Origin: SAR202 cluster bacterium
GTDB lineage: Bacteria > Chloroflexota > Dehalococcoidia > Lucifugimonadales > UBA826
DNA length: 64,000 nt
Direction: 5' to 3'
Assembly: GCA_009392815.1 (NCBI GenBank)
Contig: VFFS01000053.1
Location: forward strand, 7,216 to 71,215
A model generated the notes under the pieces. The model ran no database searches, was not told where the DNA came from, and saw nothing but the letters and a program-made list of their open reading frames with translations. Both the position numbers and the translations under genes were made by a program. Below are positions 46,112-54,914 of the stretch, in pieces (the stretch's first letter is position 1; the number at the start of each line of letters is the position of its first letter).

Positions 46112-46504
46112 ATGACATACAACTTTAATCACGTTCATCTTAAAGCCCCTGACCCTGGGAAAACAGCGGATTGGTATGTAACGGCGTTTGATTTTGAAAT
46201 TATTAATGACCAGAATCCTAGGCCTCAAGGTGATAGGTTCATCAGGTGTAGGACTAAAGATGGAGTTGCTATAAATATTTCCAGTGCTCGTACCGGAGAG
46301 TCCATGGGTGATGGAGATGCTGACGCTCACTGGGGCATAGAGCACTTTGGAATAGAAGTTGACGATATTGAGAAAGAATTGAGTAGACTAGAGTCGTTGG
46401 GTGCCAAAGTGCTTGAAGGTCCGATTCATGCTTCGGGAGGTCTATCCATAGCTTTCATACAAGCTCCTGACAATGTTCGGATAGAGATTATGCAGTTATC
46501 GTAA
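46112..46504 (+). CDS. VOC (glyoxalase/bleomycin-resistance/dioxygenase) family protein
   Basis: 130 aa. FNHVHLKAPD ... HFGIEVDDI ... IAFIQAPDNVRIEI, a typical paired beta-alpha-beta-beta-beta VOC pattern. Confidence 0.75.
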   Translation: MTYNFNHVHLKAPDPGKTADWYVTAFDFEIINDQNPRPQGDRFIRCRTKDGVAINISSARTGESMGDGDADAHWGIEHFGIEVDDIEKELSRLESLGAKVLEGPIHASGGLSIAFIQAPDNVRIEIMQLS

Positions 46505-46526
46505 GCTTATAGGTAGGATATTTAAT

Positions 46527-46913
46527 ATGGCTAGAAAAGTTTATTTCCCGAATCCCGACAATAAACCGTCTGGATTCTCGCCAGCTACTCGCAGTGGACG
46601 GGCCGTTTTTGTATCAGGTCAAGTTCCTGTAGATTCAACCGGTAATCTGGTAGGAGAAGATGACTGTGAAAGACAGTCTGAACAATGTTTTGAGAATATT
46701 AGAGCTGCTTTAGAAGCGGCTGGGGCTTCTATGGAAGACGTCACAAAAATAACGGCTTTTATAGTTAGACCTGAAGATTACCCAGATTATGCAAAAGTTC
46801 GCCTCAGCATGTTCCCTAAAGATGGGCCTGCTAGCAGTAGCGTCTTCATTAGCGGATTGGTAGATCCGAAATTTTTAATTGAAATTGAGGCTATTGCGGT
46901 CCTAGAGGACTGA
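46527..46913 (+). CDS. RidA/YjgF-family reactive-intermediate deaminase-like protein
   Basis: 128 aa. VFVSGQVPVDSTGNLVGED, QCFENIRAALEAAGASMEDVTKIT, IEIEAIA. Confidence 0.8.
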   Translation: MARKVYFPNPDNKPSGFSPATRSGRAVFVSGQVPVDSTGNLVGEDDCERQSEQCFENIRAALEAAGASMEDVTKITAFIVRPEDYPDYAKVRLSMFPKDGPASSSVFISGLVDPKFLIEIEAIAVLED

Positions 46914-47258
46914 ATGGAACCAGAGTGTATATTTTGTAAGATATACTCGGGAGAAATCCCTTCAGATATTTTGTATAGCGATAGTCTGTGTTTTGTCGTA
47001 AGGGATATTCAGCCTGTTGCGCCATCTCATCTGCTGGTGATACCCATTCGCCATGTTACTTTTCTTGATGAAGTTGAAGACGATGAGTTTGATTTAGTTG
47101 CCCAAATGTTTAAGACAGCGGTTAGTATTGCTGCGGAAGAAGGGATATCTCAAAGTGGTTATCGTCTAGTGGTAAACCAAAGAGATAACTCAGGGCAAGT
47201 GGTTCCTCATTTACACTTACATGTGTTGGGTGGAGATAGGCTCGGGGTAATAGGCTAG
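46914..47258 (+). CDS. HIT (histidine triad) family protein
   Basis: CIFCKI..., DIQPVAPSHLLVIP, and the histidine triad VPHLHLHVLGG. Confidence 0.88.
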   Translation: MEPECIFCKIYSGEIPSDILYSDSLCFVVRDIQPVAPSHLLVIPIRHVTFLDEVEDDEFDLVAQMFKTAVSIAAEEGISQSGYRLVVNQRDNSGQVVPHLHLHVLGGDRLGVIG

Positions 47259-47284
47259 GGAACAATCTTTAATGTGGAGGCGTT

Positions 47285-47863
47285 ATGGAGAAGCTTCTTG
47301 AGTCGATTGAGGAAAGATTGGCTCTTGTTCCTGAAGGATTGAGAGCCCATGTGCAAAGAACTCGGGCGACTGCCAGGAACATAGCGGAAAATCATGGGAT
47401 CGATGCTACTCGTTGCGATGTTGGAGCAGCTGCCCATGATCTGGCCCGCCATTGGACAAACCAAGCTTTACTTGCTGAATCACAATACCAGAAACTGAAA
47501 TTGTCTGATATTGAGGAAAAAGAACCTTTGTTGCTGCATGGACCTGTAGCAGCCTTCTGGCTGCGTAATGAGATGAATTGTTCAGACAGTGAGTTGGTTT
47601 CAGCCGTGGCCTATCACACCACTGGAAGACCTAAAATGACTCCTGTCGAGAAGGTGGTTTTCATTGCAGACAAAGTCGAGCCAGAGAAAGTGGCAAGAAA
47701 TGAGGAACTAGAGATTGTTTTGCGTCACGCAGAAGATAATCTGGATCTAGCCATCTTAAGTTACCTTTCACTTCGAATTAGATCATTGCTAGAAGCAAAC
47801 AAACTGATACACCCTTTATCATTGGACACATGGAATGCTATTTCCGCAGAGAAATCACATTGA
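47285..47863 (+). CDS. yqeK: HD-domain bis(5'-nucleosyl)-tetraphosphatase (YqeK family)
   Basis: AAHDLARHW, LLHGPVAAFWL, AVAYHTTGRPKMTPVEKVVFIADKVEP match the YqeK pattern. Confidence 0.72.
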   Translation: MEKLLESIEERLALVPEGLRAHVQRTRATARNIAENHGIDATRCDVGAAAHDLARHWTNQALLAESQYQKLKLSDIEEKEPLLLHGPVAAFWLRNEMNCSDSELVSAVAYHTTGRPKMTPVEKVVFIADKVEPEKVARNEELEIVLRHAEDNLDLAILSYLSLRIRSLLEANKLIHPLSLDTWNAISAEKSH

Positions 47864-47865
47864 TA

Positions 47866-48375
47866 TTAAGAAGGTCTTCCTTTGACCACAGTCATTATTT
47901 CCGCTTTAACTTTTCCATTATCAACCTCTAATAATGCAATTGTGCAATCTTCCATGAAGGACTTATAACCCTGTCCAGGATTTACGAAGAGCACATCTTC
48001 GATTGACCTATTCATCGGTACGTGGGTATGGCCGAATAGAATTACATCTGGTTTTTCCGGGAAATCGTTAAAAAGTTCTTCTGGAGGAAACTCTGGGCCT
48101 CCCCAAGCAGGATGGATGGCCCCTATAACTATCCCCTCAACTTCAAAAATTTCTTTGTATGGAAGTTGCTTTCTTAAATCTACAGGATCTGAATTCCCAT
48201 GCACTATATAGCCTTTATTAGCGGAGCGTAGGAATCCTTCTACCACTGGAGTGCGAACAATGTCACCACAATGGACGGCTATATCAGACACTTCGACAGC
48301 TTTGCGAATATCCGGGTGAACTTCTTCCCAAGTTGAACAATGGGTATCAGATATTACTGTTATTCTAGTCGGCAA
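47866..48375 (-). CDS. Metallophosphoesterase (YfcE/MJ0936 family)
   Basis: ITVISDTHC, HCGDI, HGNSD and FGHTHVP are calcineurin-like phosphoesterase motifs. 169 aa. Confidence 0.8.
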   Translation of the reverse strand: MPTRITVISDTHCSTWEEVHPDIRKAVEVSDIAVHCGDIVRTPVVEGFLRSANKGYIVHGNSDPVDLRKQLPYKEIFEVEGIVIGAIHPAWGGPEFPPEELFNDFPEKPDVILFGHTHVPMNRSIEDVLFVNPGQGYKSFMEDCTIALLEVDNGKVKAEIMTVVKGRPS

Positions 48376-48388
48376 CGTTGGAAATACC

Positions 48389-49624
48389 TTATTTGAAGTC
48401 CAGGCCTGTTTTCACCCTATCCAATATGGCGTTTCCGACTTCATATTTTGACATTAGGGGTAATTTTTCTATTGTTCCGTCAGCGTGGATGATGGTTACT
48501 TTATTCGTGTCTACTGAAAATCCGCTGTCCGCAGCAGTTATGTCATTAGCGACTATAAAATCTAAACCCTTTTTGCTGATTTTTGCTGAACTGTTTTCGA
48601 TTATATTTTCACTTTCAGCTGCGAACCCTACTTTAACTATATTCCCTGATTCCTTTGATGAAATAGAGTCGATGTTCGCTATTATGTCTGGGTTCTTTGT
48701 GAGATTTATTTTCCAAGTTTCTTTGTTGCTTTTCTTTGCTTTTGATTTCAAGGTTCTCACTGGTCTCCAGTCCGCAACGGCCGCTGCCATGATGATTGAA
48801 TGAGCGTCGTTACACTCCTCGCCAAGGACTTCTTTCATTTCCAATGCACTTTCGATCTTGATTGTCCGGACTCCAACTAGGTCAGGAAGCGCTGTAGGTG
48901 CTGACACTAGTGTTACTGTGGCACCTCGGTTTCGTGCTGCTTCCGCGATTGCATAGCCCATTTTCCCAGAAGACCTATTACTGATCGTACGAACGGGGTC
49001 AATTGCTTCCTGAGTTCCTCCGGCACTAACCACTATTCGTTTACCAGAGAAGTCACCATTTTTCCCAAGCACCATTTCAGTGACGCCGACCAAGTCCCTT
49101 GGTTCTACCATTCGGCCCAGTCCAGTGAGGCCGGATGCCAATCTCCCTTTGGCAGGTCCAGCGATAAACATACCATCTGACATTAATGTAGCCACATTTC
49201 TTTGAGTTGCAGCGTTTTCAAACATGTTTGCATCCATTGCGGGGGCAATAACTATAGGAGATTTTGTTGCTAACACTGAAGTGAGAAGAGCGTTGTCACT
49301 TAACCCATTGGCAAGTTTGGCGATGGTGTTGGCACTTGCGGGTGCTATTACAAATATGTCTGCTTGCTCGGCTAATGCTACATGGTTTACCGCTAGTTCA
49401 GAATTAATGTCAAATATATTAGTAACTACTTGCCGGTGGGTGATGCTTTTAAAACTGAGAGGTGTTACAAATTTGGTTGCTGAGTCTGTAAGAATAACAT
49501 CTACTTCAGCCCCGGCTTGCGTAAATTTGCTAGCAAGGTCTATGGATTTATAACATGCAATGCTACCTGTCACTCCGAGTACTATTCTTTTTTTCGAAAG
49601 TGGTCCGGTCATGTTAGAACTCAC
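48389..49624 (-). CDS. coaBC: Bifunctional phosphopantothenoylcysteine decarboxylase / phosphopantothenate--cysteine ligase
   Basis: 411 aa. N-terminal flavoprotein domain (VTGSIACYKS, PASANTIAKLANG) and C-terminal CoaB domain (ISNRSSGKMG, AAAVADW). Confidence 0.92.
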   Translation of the reverse strand: MSSNMTGPLSKKRIVLGVTGSIACYKSIDLASKFTQAGAEVDVILTDSATKFVTPLSFKSITHRQVVTNIFDINSELAVNHVALAEQADIFVIAPASANTIAKLANGLSDNALLTSVLATKSPIVIAPAMDANMFENAATQRNVATLMSDGMFIAGPAKGRLASGLTGLGRMVEPRDLVGVTEMVLGKNGDFSGKRIVVSAGGTQEAIDPVRTISNRSSGKMGYAIAEAARNRGATVTLVSAPTALPDLVGVRTIKIESALEMKEVLGEECNDAHSIIMAAAVADWRPVRTLKSKAKKSNKETWKINLTKNPDIIANIDSISSKESGNIVKVGFAAESENIIENSSAKISKKGLDFIVANDITAADSGFSVDTNKVTIIHADGTIEKLPLMSKYEVGNAILDRVKTGLDFK

Positions 49625-50394
49625 TTTGTAAATTCGTTTAATGTGTGGACGATTTGGAGCCCTTTAAGAGTTAAATCCGGGTCTACAGTGTCGAATACTG
49701 ATGACTCTTTTTGAACCACGTTGGCCAACCCTCCCGTCCCAATCACATATGACTCGTTACTCAACTCTTCCTTGAATCTTTTTATCATACCTTTTACAAG
49801 TTCTGTATATCCCAGAACTAGACCTGACTGTATTGAATGCGGGGTGTTCTTACCGATGGCGGTTTCAGGGGCTGTCAGTTCTACTCTGCGTAATTGGGAT
49901 GTGGCTCTAAACAAGGCATCGCCGGAGACTCCCATCCCTGGGGCGATAGCCCCACCTAAATATTCTCCAGACCTTGTAATAGCATCGAACACAGTTGCAG
50001 TGCCCAGATCCACAATGATCGCAGGTCCTCCGTAGATATGAAGTGCGGCAGCGGCATCAACTACTCTGTCAGTTCCTACGTCTCTTGGGCTGTCGTACAG
50101 CACCTTAACACCAGTTCTAGTCCCCGAACCTACAATAAGTGGTTTGGCTTTAAAATAGCGCTGGCAAAGACTTTCAAACGTAGGGGTTAGGGGAGGGACA
50201 ACGCTACATATTGTTACGTGTGAGATCTCTTCCACATAGGACTTTTGTCCCTCCAGCATTTGAGTAAGTTGTAGCCCGTACTCATCTGAAGTTTTGCTGG
50301 AGTCCGTGGATATCCGCCATGTTGCAGACAGCGCCTCACCGTTGAATAGACCAACCGTGATGTTAGTATTTCCAATGTCTATCGCGAGAAGCAC
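49621..50394 (-). CDS. coaX: Type III pantothenate kinase
   Basis: MLLAIDIGNTNITVGLF, VDLGTATVFD, PGMGVS, IGTGG. Overlaps coaBC by 4 nt. Confidence 0.9.
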   Translation of the reverse strand: MLLAIDIGNTNITVGLFNGEALSATWRISTDSSKTSDEYGLQLTQMLEGQKSYVEEISHVTICSVVPPLTPTFESLCQRYFKAKPLIVGSGTRTGVKVLYDSPRDVGTDRVVDAAAALHIYGGPAIIVDLGTATVFDAITRSGEYLGGAIAPGMGVSGDALFRATSQLRRVELTAPETAIGKNTPHSIQSGLVLGYTELVKGMIKRFKEELSNESYVIGTGGLANVVQKESSVFDTVDPDLTLKGLQIVHTLNEFTK

Positions 50395-50421
50395 CTGTGT
50401 ATTGCCTCTGAGTCAACAATT

Positions 50422-51570
50422 TTATTTCTTCTTCTCAACGTAGTTTCTGTTTCTGGACCAGTTAGATTTCAGTAATTTACTTGCATCTAACAAATTATCT
50501 AAAGTAGGGAATATGGAATCGCGTAACCGCTTAAATCCTAATATCTTAGCTGCTTCTGTCGCCGCGGAGGGACCAGATATTCGATCCTTCTCACGATCAT
50601 TCCAGGCGGAATCAACTCTGTCTTCCCAATTGTCAGGAAGGTCACCGTTAACCGGAAGCATTTCATCGTTATTAGTAGTATCTGTATCGTCAGAATTGTT
50701 CTCTGGCTCAGAAACGTGATGACTGATTATGCGGGGGGGAGTCCTTGTGGTTTTCGGCTTGGATAGGTTCCCGTTAGAAGTCTCTTCAGAACTCACACTT
50801 GATGATTTTAAGGAGACTGTAAAATCTGTTCCCTGGTGGGTGGTTACACTGATTTCGTCACGAGACATTAGGAATTCTCTAAAAGACCTATATCCAGCAT
50901 CCCGATAGCTAAAACTGGGATCTATCCTGGTCATAGTTTGGGCGAGACGGGTCCCCAAAGCGTTTCCATCGTCATCCATAGTTGCTTCGATTGCTCGCGT
51001 CAATAATGTCGTGACAGATCCTGCATTCGTTCCAATCTCGGGCGTGGTCGAGCTCGTTGGAGAATCTATTGATCTTCGGCTGCGATCGTTTCGACGAGGA
51101 GTCCTCGATGTACGATTTCTTTCGTATTCATCTCCTCTCGTATCATTAGCACCTAGGAATATGTACTTGTCGCAGGATTTAACCATCGTAGTTGAGGTTA
51201 CTGCGCGACGTCCAGCTCCAACCACAGCTTTGCCTGAACCTCGTAGATGGTTGACTAAAGGTACAAAGTCGCTATCTGAAGAGACAATTACAAATGTGTC
51301 CACTTGGGCACTATGTAGCAGTTCCACTGCGTCTATGGTCAGTTTTATGTCGCAAGAGTTTTTTCCTGCTCTCGTGCCTCTGTAGTTATGTACGGCTTCA
51401 ACTCCGAGCTCTATAAGACGTTCTTGTCCCTTTCTTTGGGAGGACCAGTCTGCATAGGCTCGTTTGACAATTATTCGGCCCATGCCTGAAAGCTGTTCCA
51501 CCAGCCCTTGCATGGAGTCTATACCTACATTTTCGTAGTCGATAAGCAGTGCGATGTTTGCGTCAGTCAA
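50422..51570 (-). CDS. NYN (LabA-like) domain protein with central low-complexity linker and OST-HTH/LOTUS-like domain
   Basis: N-terminus IALLIDYENV...KNSCDIKLTIDA...IVSSDSDFVPLV (NYN/PIN-like). R/S/T-rich linker, then LAQTMTRIDPSFSYRDAGYRSFREFL (LOTUS-like). Confidence 0.7.
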   Translation of the reverse strand: MTDANIALLIDYENVGIDSMQGLVEQLSGMGRIIVKRAYADWSSQRKGQERLIELGVEAVHNYRGTRAGKNSCDIKLTIDAVELLHSAQVDTFVIVSSDSDFVPLVNHLRGSGKAVVGAGRRAVTSTTMVKSCDKYIFLGANDTRGDEYERNRTSRTPRRNDRSRRSIDSPTSSTTPEIGTNAGSVTTLLTRAIEATMDDDGNALGTRLAQTMTRIDPSFSYRDAGYRSFREFLMSRDEISVTTHQGTDFTVSLKSSSVSSEETSNGNLSKPKTTRTPPRIISHHVSEPENNSDDTDTTNNDEMLPVNGDLPDNWEDRVDSAWNDREKDRISGPSAATEAAKILGFKRLRDSIFPTLDNLLDASKLLKSNWSRNRNYVEKKK

Positions 51571-51838
51571 GGAATTCCACTCTGAGGGGGTCGATATTTA
51601 CGACCTCTGATGCGGTATAAGCCGCCTTTGATACCTGCCTTAAGAGGCTGTCGGATTTCTAAAAATAAATATAATTATACCATCTTGCCTTCAAATGCCC
51701 TTGGCATCCATTTTTGAATGTGGCATATATGGGATATCGTCTACATTGAGAGATTTATCTGATAAGAGTTAGTCGTTAAGGTTGCCTACTGTTTGAAGAG
51801 TAAATATCTCAAATGCTATACTCGAAATCTGGCGATAA

Positions 51839-51866
51839 TTTTTACTAGTGCATTTTTACTAGTGCA
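51839..51866 (+). repeat. Perfect tandem direct repeat, 2 x 14 bp (TTTTTACTAGTGCA)
   Basis: Copies at 51839-51852 and 51853-51866 are identical. Each contains the palindrome ACTAGT. The repeat ends 20 nt before the moeB/thiF TTG start. Confidence 0.9.
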
Positions 51867-51886
51867 ATAGCGTAGGGAGGACACTC

Positions 51887-52729
51887 TTGGCTACACAGAC
51901 TGAGTCACAGACAAAAACCACTGCTTTGACTCCATATCAGGTGAGTCGCTACAGCAGGCACATTATAATGCCGCAGGTTGGAAGTGTCGGACAGAGAAAA
52001 TTGTTGGATGCTAAGGTATTGATGGTCGGCGCGGGAGGCCTAGGCTCCCCCATTACGATCTATTTGACACTGGCGGGAGTTGGTACTGTCGGGTTGGTTG
52101 ATTTCGACGATGTGGATGTTACCAATCTACAAAGACAAATTCTTCACTATAACGACGATATAGGCCGCCCTAAAGTTGAGTCTGCTGTTGATACTCTAAA
52201 GGCCTACAATCCAGATACAACCGTCAATGTCCACGAAGAGCCAATATCCTCGATTAATGCCATGGAGATAATGAAGGATTATGATGTAATCGTTAACGGA
52301 GCTGACAACTTTCCGACAAGATATCTAGTTAATGATGCAGCTTATCTGTCAGGGAAAACCTTGGTGGATGGAAGTATATTACTATTTGACGGTCAGGCGA
52401 CCACATATATACCCGGACAAGGTTGTTATCGCTGCTTGTTTCCTACACCCCCTCCACCGGGGGAAGTTCCCAGCTGTGCTGAAGCAGGTGTTTTGGGTAT
52501 GCTTCCTGGCATGGTTGGAACAATCCAGGCAACAGAGGTGGTGAAGCAGGTTCTTGGCGTGGGAGATTCTCTTTCGGGAAGGTTGCTCTTAATAGATGCT
52601 TTGAGCATGGAATTTAGAACGGTGAAAATCCGACGCAATCCCCAATGCCCGCTTTGTGGTGATGAACCCACCGTCACGGAGCTAATTGATTATGTTGCTT
52701 TTTGTGGAGGAGCTCCTCTCACCGGATAG
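51887..52729 (+). CDS. MoeB/ThiF-family adenylyltransferase (E1-like)
   Basis: RYSRHIIMPQVG..GQ.KL, VGAGGLGSP nucleotide loop, DNFPTRYLVND, CYRCLFP and CPLCG zinc motifs. No rhodanese domain. TTG start after GGGAGG. Confidence 0.85.
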   Translation: MATQTESQTKTTALTPYQVSRYSRHIIMPQVGSVGQRKLLDAKVLMVGAGGLGSPITIYLTLAGVGTVGLVDFDDVDVTNLQRQILHYNDDIGRPKVESAVDTLKAYNPDTTVNVHEEPISSINAMEIMKDYDVIVNGADNFPTRYLVNDAAYLSGKTLVDGSILLFDGQATTYIPGQGCYRCLFPTPPPPGEVPSCAEAGVLGMLPGMVGTIQATEVVKQVLGVGDSLSGRLLLIDALSMEFRTVKIRRNPQCPLCGDEPTVTELIDYVAFCGGAPLTG

Positions 52730-52802
52730 TTAGAGAGAATTAAATCCCTACGAATGAAAACTTACAATTTTCGCCACTGGGATGTACTAGGGAGGTATTA
52801 AA

Positions 52803-53456
52803 ATGGACTTGAAAATTGGCGACGAGGCACCAAATTTTACTGCTAACACGACTGTAGGAGAAATTAATTTCCACGAATGGTTAGGTAGTGAATGGGGAGT
52901 TTTGATGTCTCATCCTGCGGACTTTACTCCTGTCTGTACCACTGAAATTGGTCGAGTGGCTAATTTGAAAGAAGATTTTGCTAAAAGAAATGCTAAAGTT
53001 TTAGTCCTGAGTGTTGGGACGAAGCCGGGATTGACCCCCTTGCAGTCCCATACAGAGTGGATAAAAGACGTGAATGAGACTCAAGGTTCCTCTGTGGATT
53101 TCCCGTTGATTGAAGATCCGGATAAGGAGATCGCTAATTCCTATGGAATGATCCATCCTAATGCGAGCGATACTTTAACAGTTAGGTCTGTATTTATAAT
53201 TGGTCCAGACAAGAAAGTGAAACTTGTGATTTCATATCCAGCGTCAACAGGCAGAAATTTTGTCGAGATTCTCAGGGTTATAGATTCACTTCAACTGACT
53301 GCCGAATATCAGGTAGCTACTCCTGTGGATTGGAAGCACGGGGAAGACTGCATTGTAGTTCCCGCCGTACCCACTGAGGATATTCCTGGTAAATTTCCTA
53401 AAGGTCACACAATTATCAAAGATTATTTGAGGACTACTCCTCAGCCAAATATCTGA
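52803..53456 (+). CDS. 1-Cys peroxiredoxin (Prx6 type)
   Basis: SHPADFTPVCTTE peroxidatic Cys motif. 217 aa with a C-terminal extension typical of Prx6. Confidence 0.9.
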   Translation: MDLKIGDEAPNFTANTTVGEINFHEWLGSEWGVLMSHPADFTPVCTTEIGRVANLKEDFAKRNAKVLVLSVGTKPGLTPLQSHTEWIKDVNETQGSSVDFPLIEDPDKEIANSYGMIHPNASDTLTVRSVFIIGPDKKVKLVISYPASTGRNFVEILRVIDSLQLTAEYQVATPVDWKHGEDCIVVPAVPTEDIPGKFPKGHTIIKDYLRTTPQPNI

Positions 53457-53706
53457 TCGTACAGGATTACTATCTAAGTCAGATTTGTATGTAAGGTGCT
53501 AATGAGCGCCCGATTGTCTTAGTTTGATATTGGATATATCTCAAAATGCCTAATCTGAGTTTTCAATTAAGTCCACATCTTGTTGAAGTTGACCTGTAAT
53601 ACTTCCGGGATATCGTGGTGTATGTCACTGATATAATCCATTTATTGTTTTCATGCTGGCACATCAGCGATTTTGAAGGTCCGCTTAACTAGATCGGAGA
53701 GTTATA

Positions 53707-54276
53707 TTGAAGATATATACGAAGACCGGGGATCAGGGAGAAACGGGATTGTTTTTTGGTGGGCGTGTCCCCAAGTCCGACGCTAGATGCGAGGCTTATG
53801 GTGAGGCTGACTCAGTGGTTTCATACATGGGCCTGGCCAGAGCCCTATGTCTGGATGAGGGCAACAAAGAAATATTACTTCACGTACAGAATCGAATGTT
53901 CACAGTTGGGGCGGAGTTGGCGACTCTTCCGGAGAATTACGAAAAACTCACAGATTATTACCATACTATCGATTCGGATATGGTGTTGGAGTTGGAAAAA
54001 TATATAGATAAACTTTCCGACTCCGTTGACCTGCCACCTGATTTCATAGTTTCAGGAGGATCTCCAGGTTCAGCAGCGTTAGACGTGGCTAGAACAGGGG
54101 TTAGGACGTTAGAAAGGCGTCTTGTTGAGTTGGATTCAGACTCAATGTTAGTTAATGGAGATATATTAAAGTTTGTTAATAGGCTTTCTGATCTTCTTTT
54201 CATGATGGCAAGGTACGAGGATCGAAATCTTCCTCCCGAAGTTATAACTGGACAAAGGATTTCGGATGACGAATAG
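53707..54276 (+). CDS. ATP:cob(I)alamin adenosyltransferase, PduO type
   Basis: (M)KIYTKTGDQGETGL N-terminus and helical-bundle remainder (DVARTGVRTLER). TTG start. Confidence 0.85.
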   Translation: MKIYTKTGDQGETGLFFGGRVPKSDARCEAYGEADSVVSYMGLARALCLDEGNKEILLHVQNRMFTVGAELATLPENYEKLTDYYHTIDSDMVLELEKYIDKLSDSVDLPPDFIVSGGSPGSAALDVARTGVRTLERRLVELDSDSMLVNGDILKFVNRLSDLLFMMARYEDRNLPPEVITGQRISDDE

Positions 54277-54904
54277 TGAGGTGGAACGTCCAATAATCAC
54301 TGTAATCGATTATCAGGCAGGGAATATCAGGAGTGTCGAAAAAGCTCTGGAGAAGTCAGGTGCGTCGGTTAAAGTATCCGGAAAAGCATCCGATCTAGAA
54401 AAATCGGATGCGGTGGTGTTTCCTGGCCAGGGTTCATGCGATTCATCCATGGTGAATCTAAGAAATCAAGGTTTGGATGAAGTTCTAGTGGAATGGATAA
54501 ATTCAGGGAAGCCATTCATGGGAGTTTGTTTGGGACTTCAATTACTGCTGGAGGAGTCTGATGAAGGAGATGAAAGAGGACTTGGGGTGCTAGAAGGTAG
54601 AGTGGAAAAGCTTCCAGAAGGGCAAAAGGTTCCTCATATGGGATGGAATTCCGTTCGATTTACAACTGACCATCCAGTTTTCAAAGGAGTTTCCCAAAAC
54701 TCATATTTTTATTTTGTTCACAGCTATATTGCGGTCCCGAAAGCTTCGTCAATTATAGCTGGTCATACAGAATATGGACGAGATTTCTGTAGTGCCGTTG
54801 CATTCGATAATGTTGTTGCGGTCCAATTTCATCCTGAAAAGAGTGGGGAAAATGGCCTAAACATATATAAAAACTTCGTGAGTTACGTCGAGTCCTCATC
54901 TTAA
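54266..54904 (+). CDS. hisH: Imidazole glycerol phosphate synthase, glutaminase subunit
   Basis: ITVIDYQAGNIRSV, PGQGS, GVCLGLQLL (catalytic Cys), VQFHPEKS. Confidence 0.9.
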   Translation: MTNSEVERPIITVIDYQAGNIRSVEKALEKSGASVKVSGKASDLEKSDAVVFPGQGSCDSSMVNLRNQGLDEVLVEWINSGKPFMGVCLGLQLLLEESDEGDERGLGVLEGRVEKLPEGQKVPHMGWNSVRFTTDHPVFKGVSQNSYFYFVHSYIAVPKASSIIAGHTEYGRDFCSAVAFDNVVAVQFHPEKSGENGLNIYKNFVSYVESSS

Positions 54905-54914
54905 GGATGATCCA

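Noticed and set aside
53457-53706. Possible cobalamin riboswitch in the 250-bp region upstream of the PduO-type adenosyltransferase
   Set aside because: I could not find a B12-box-like core or the characteristic GC-rich helices. The region is AT-rich and contains only trivial short ORFs.
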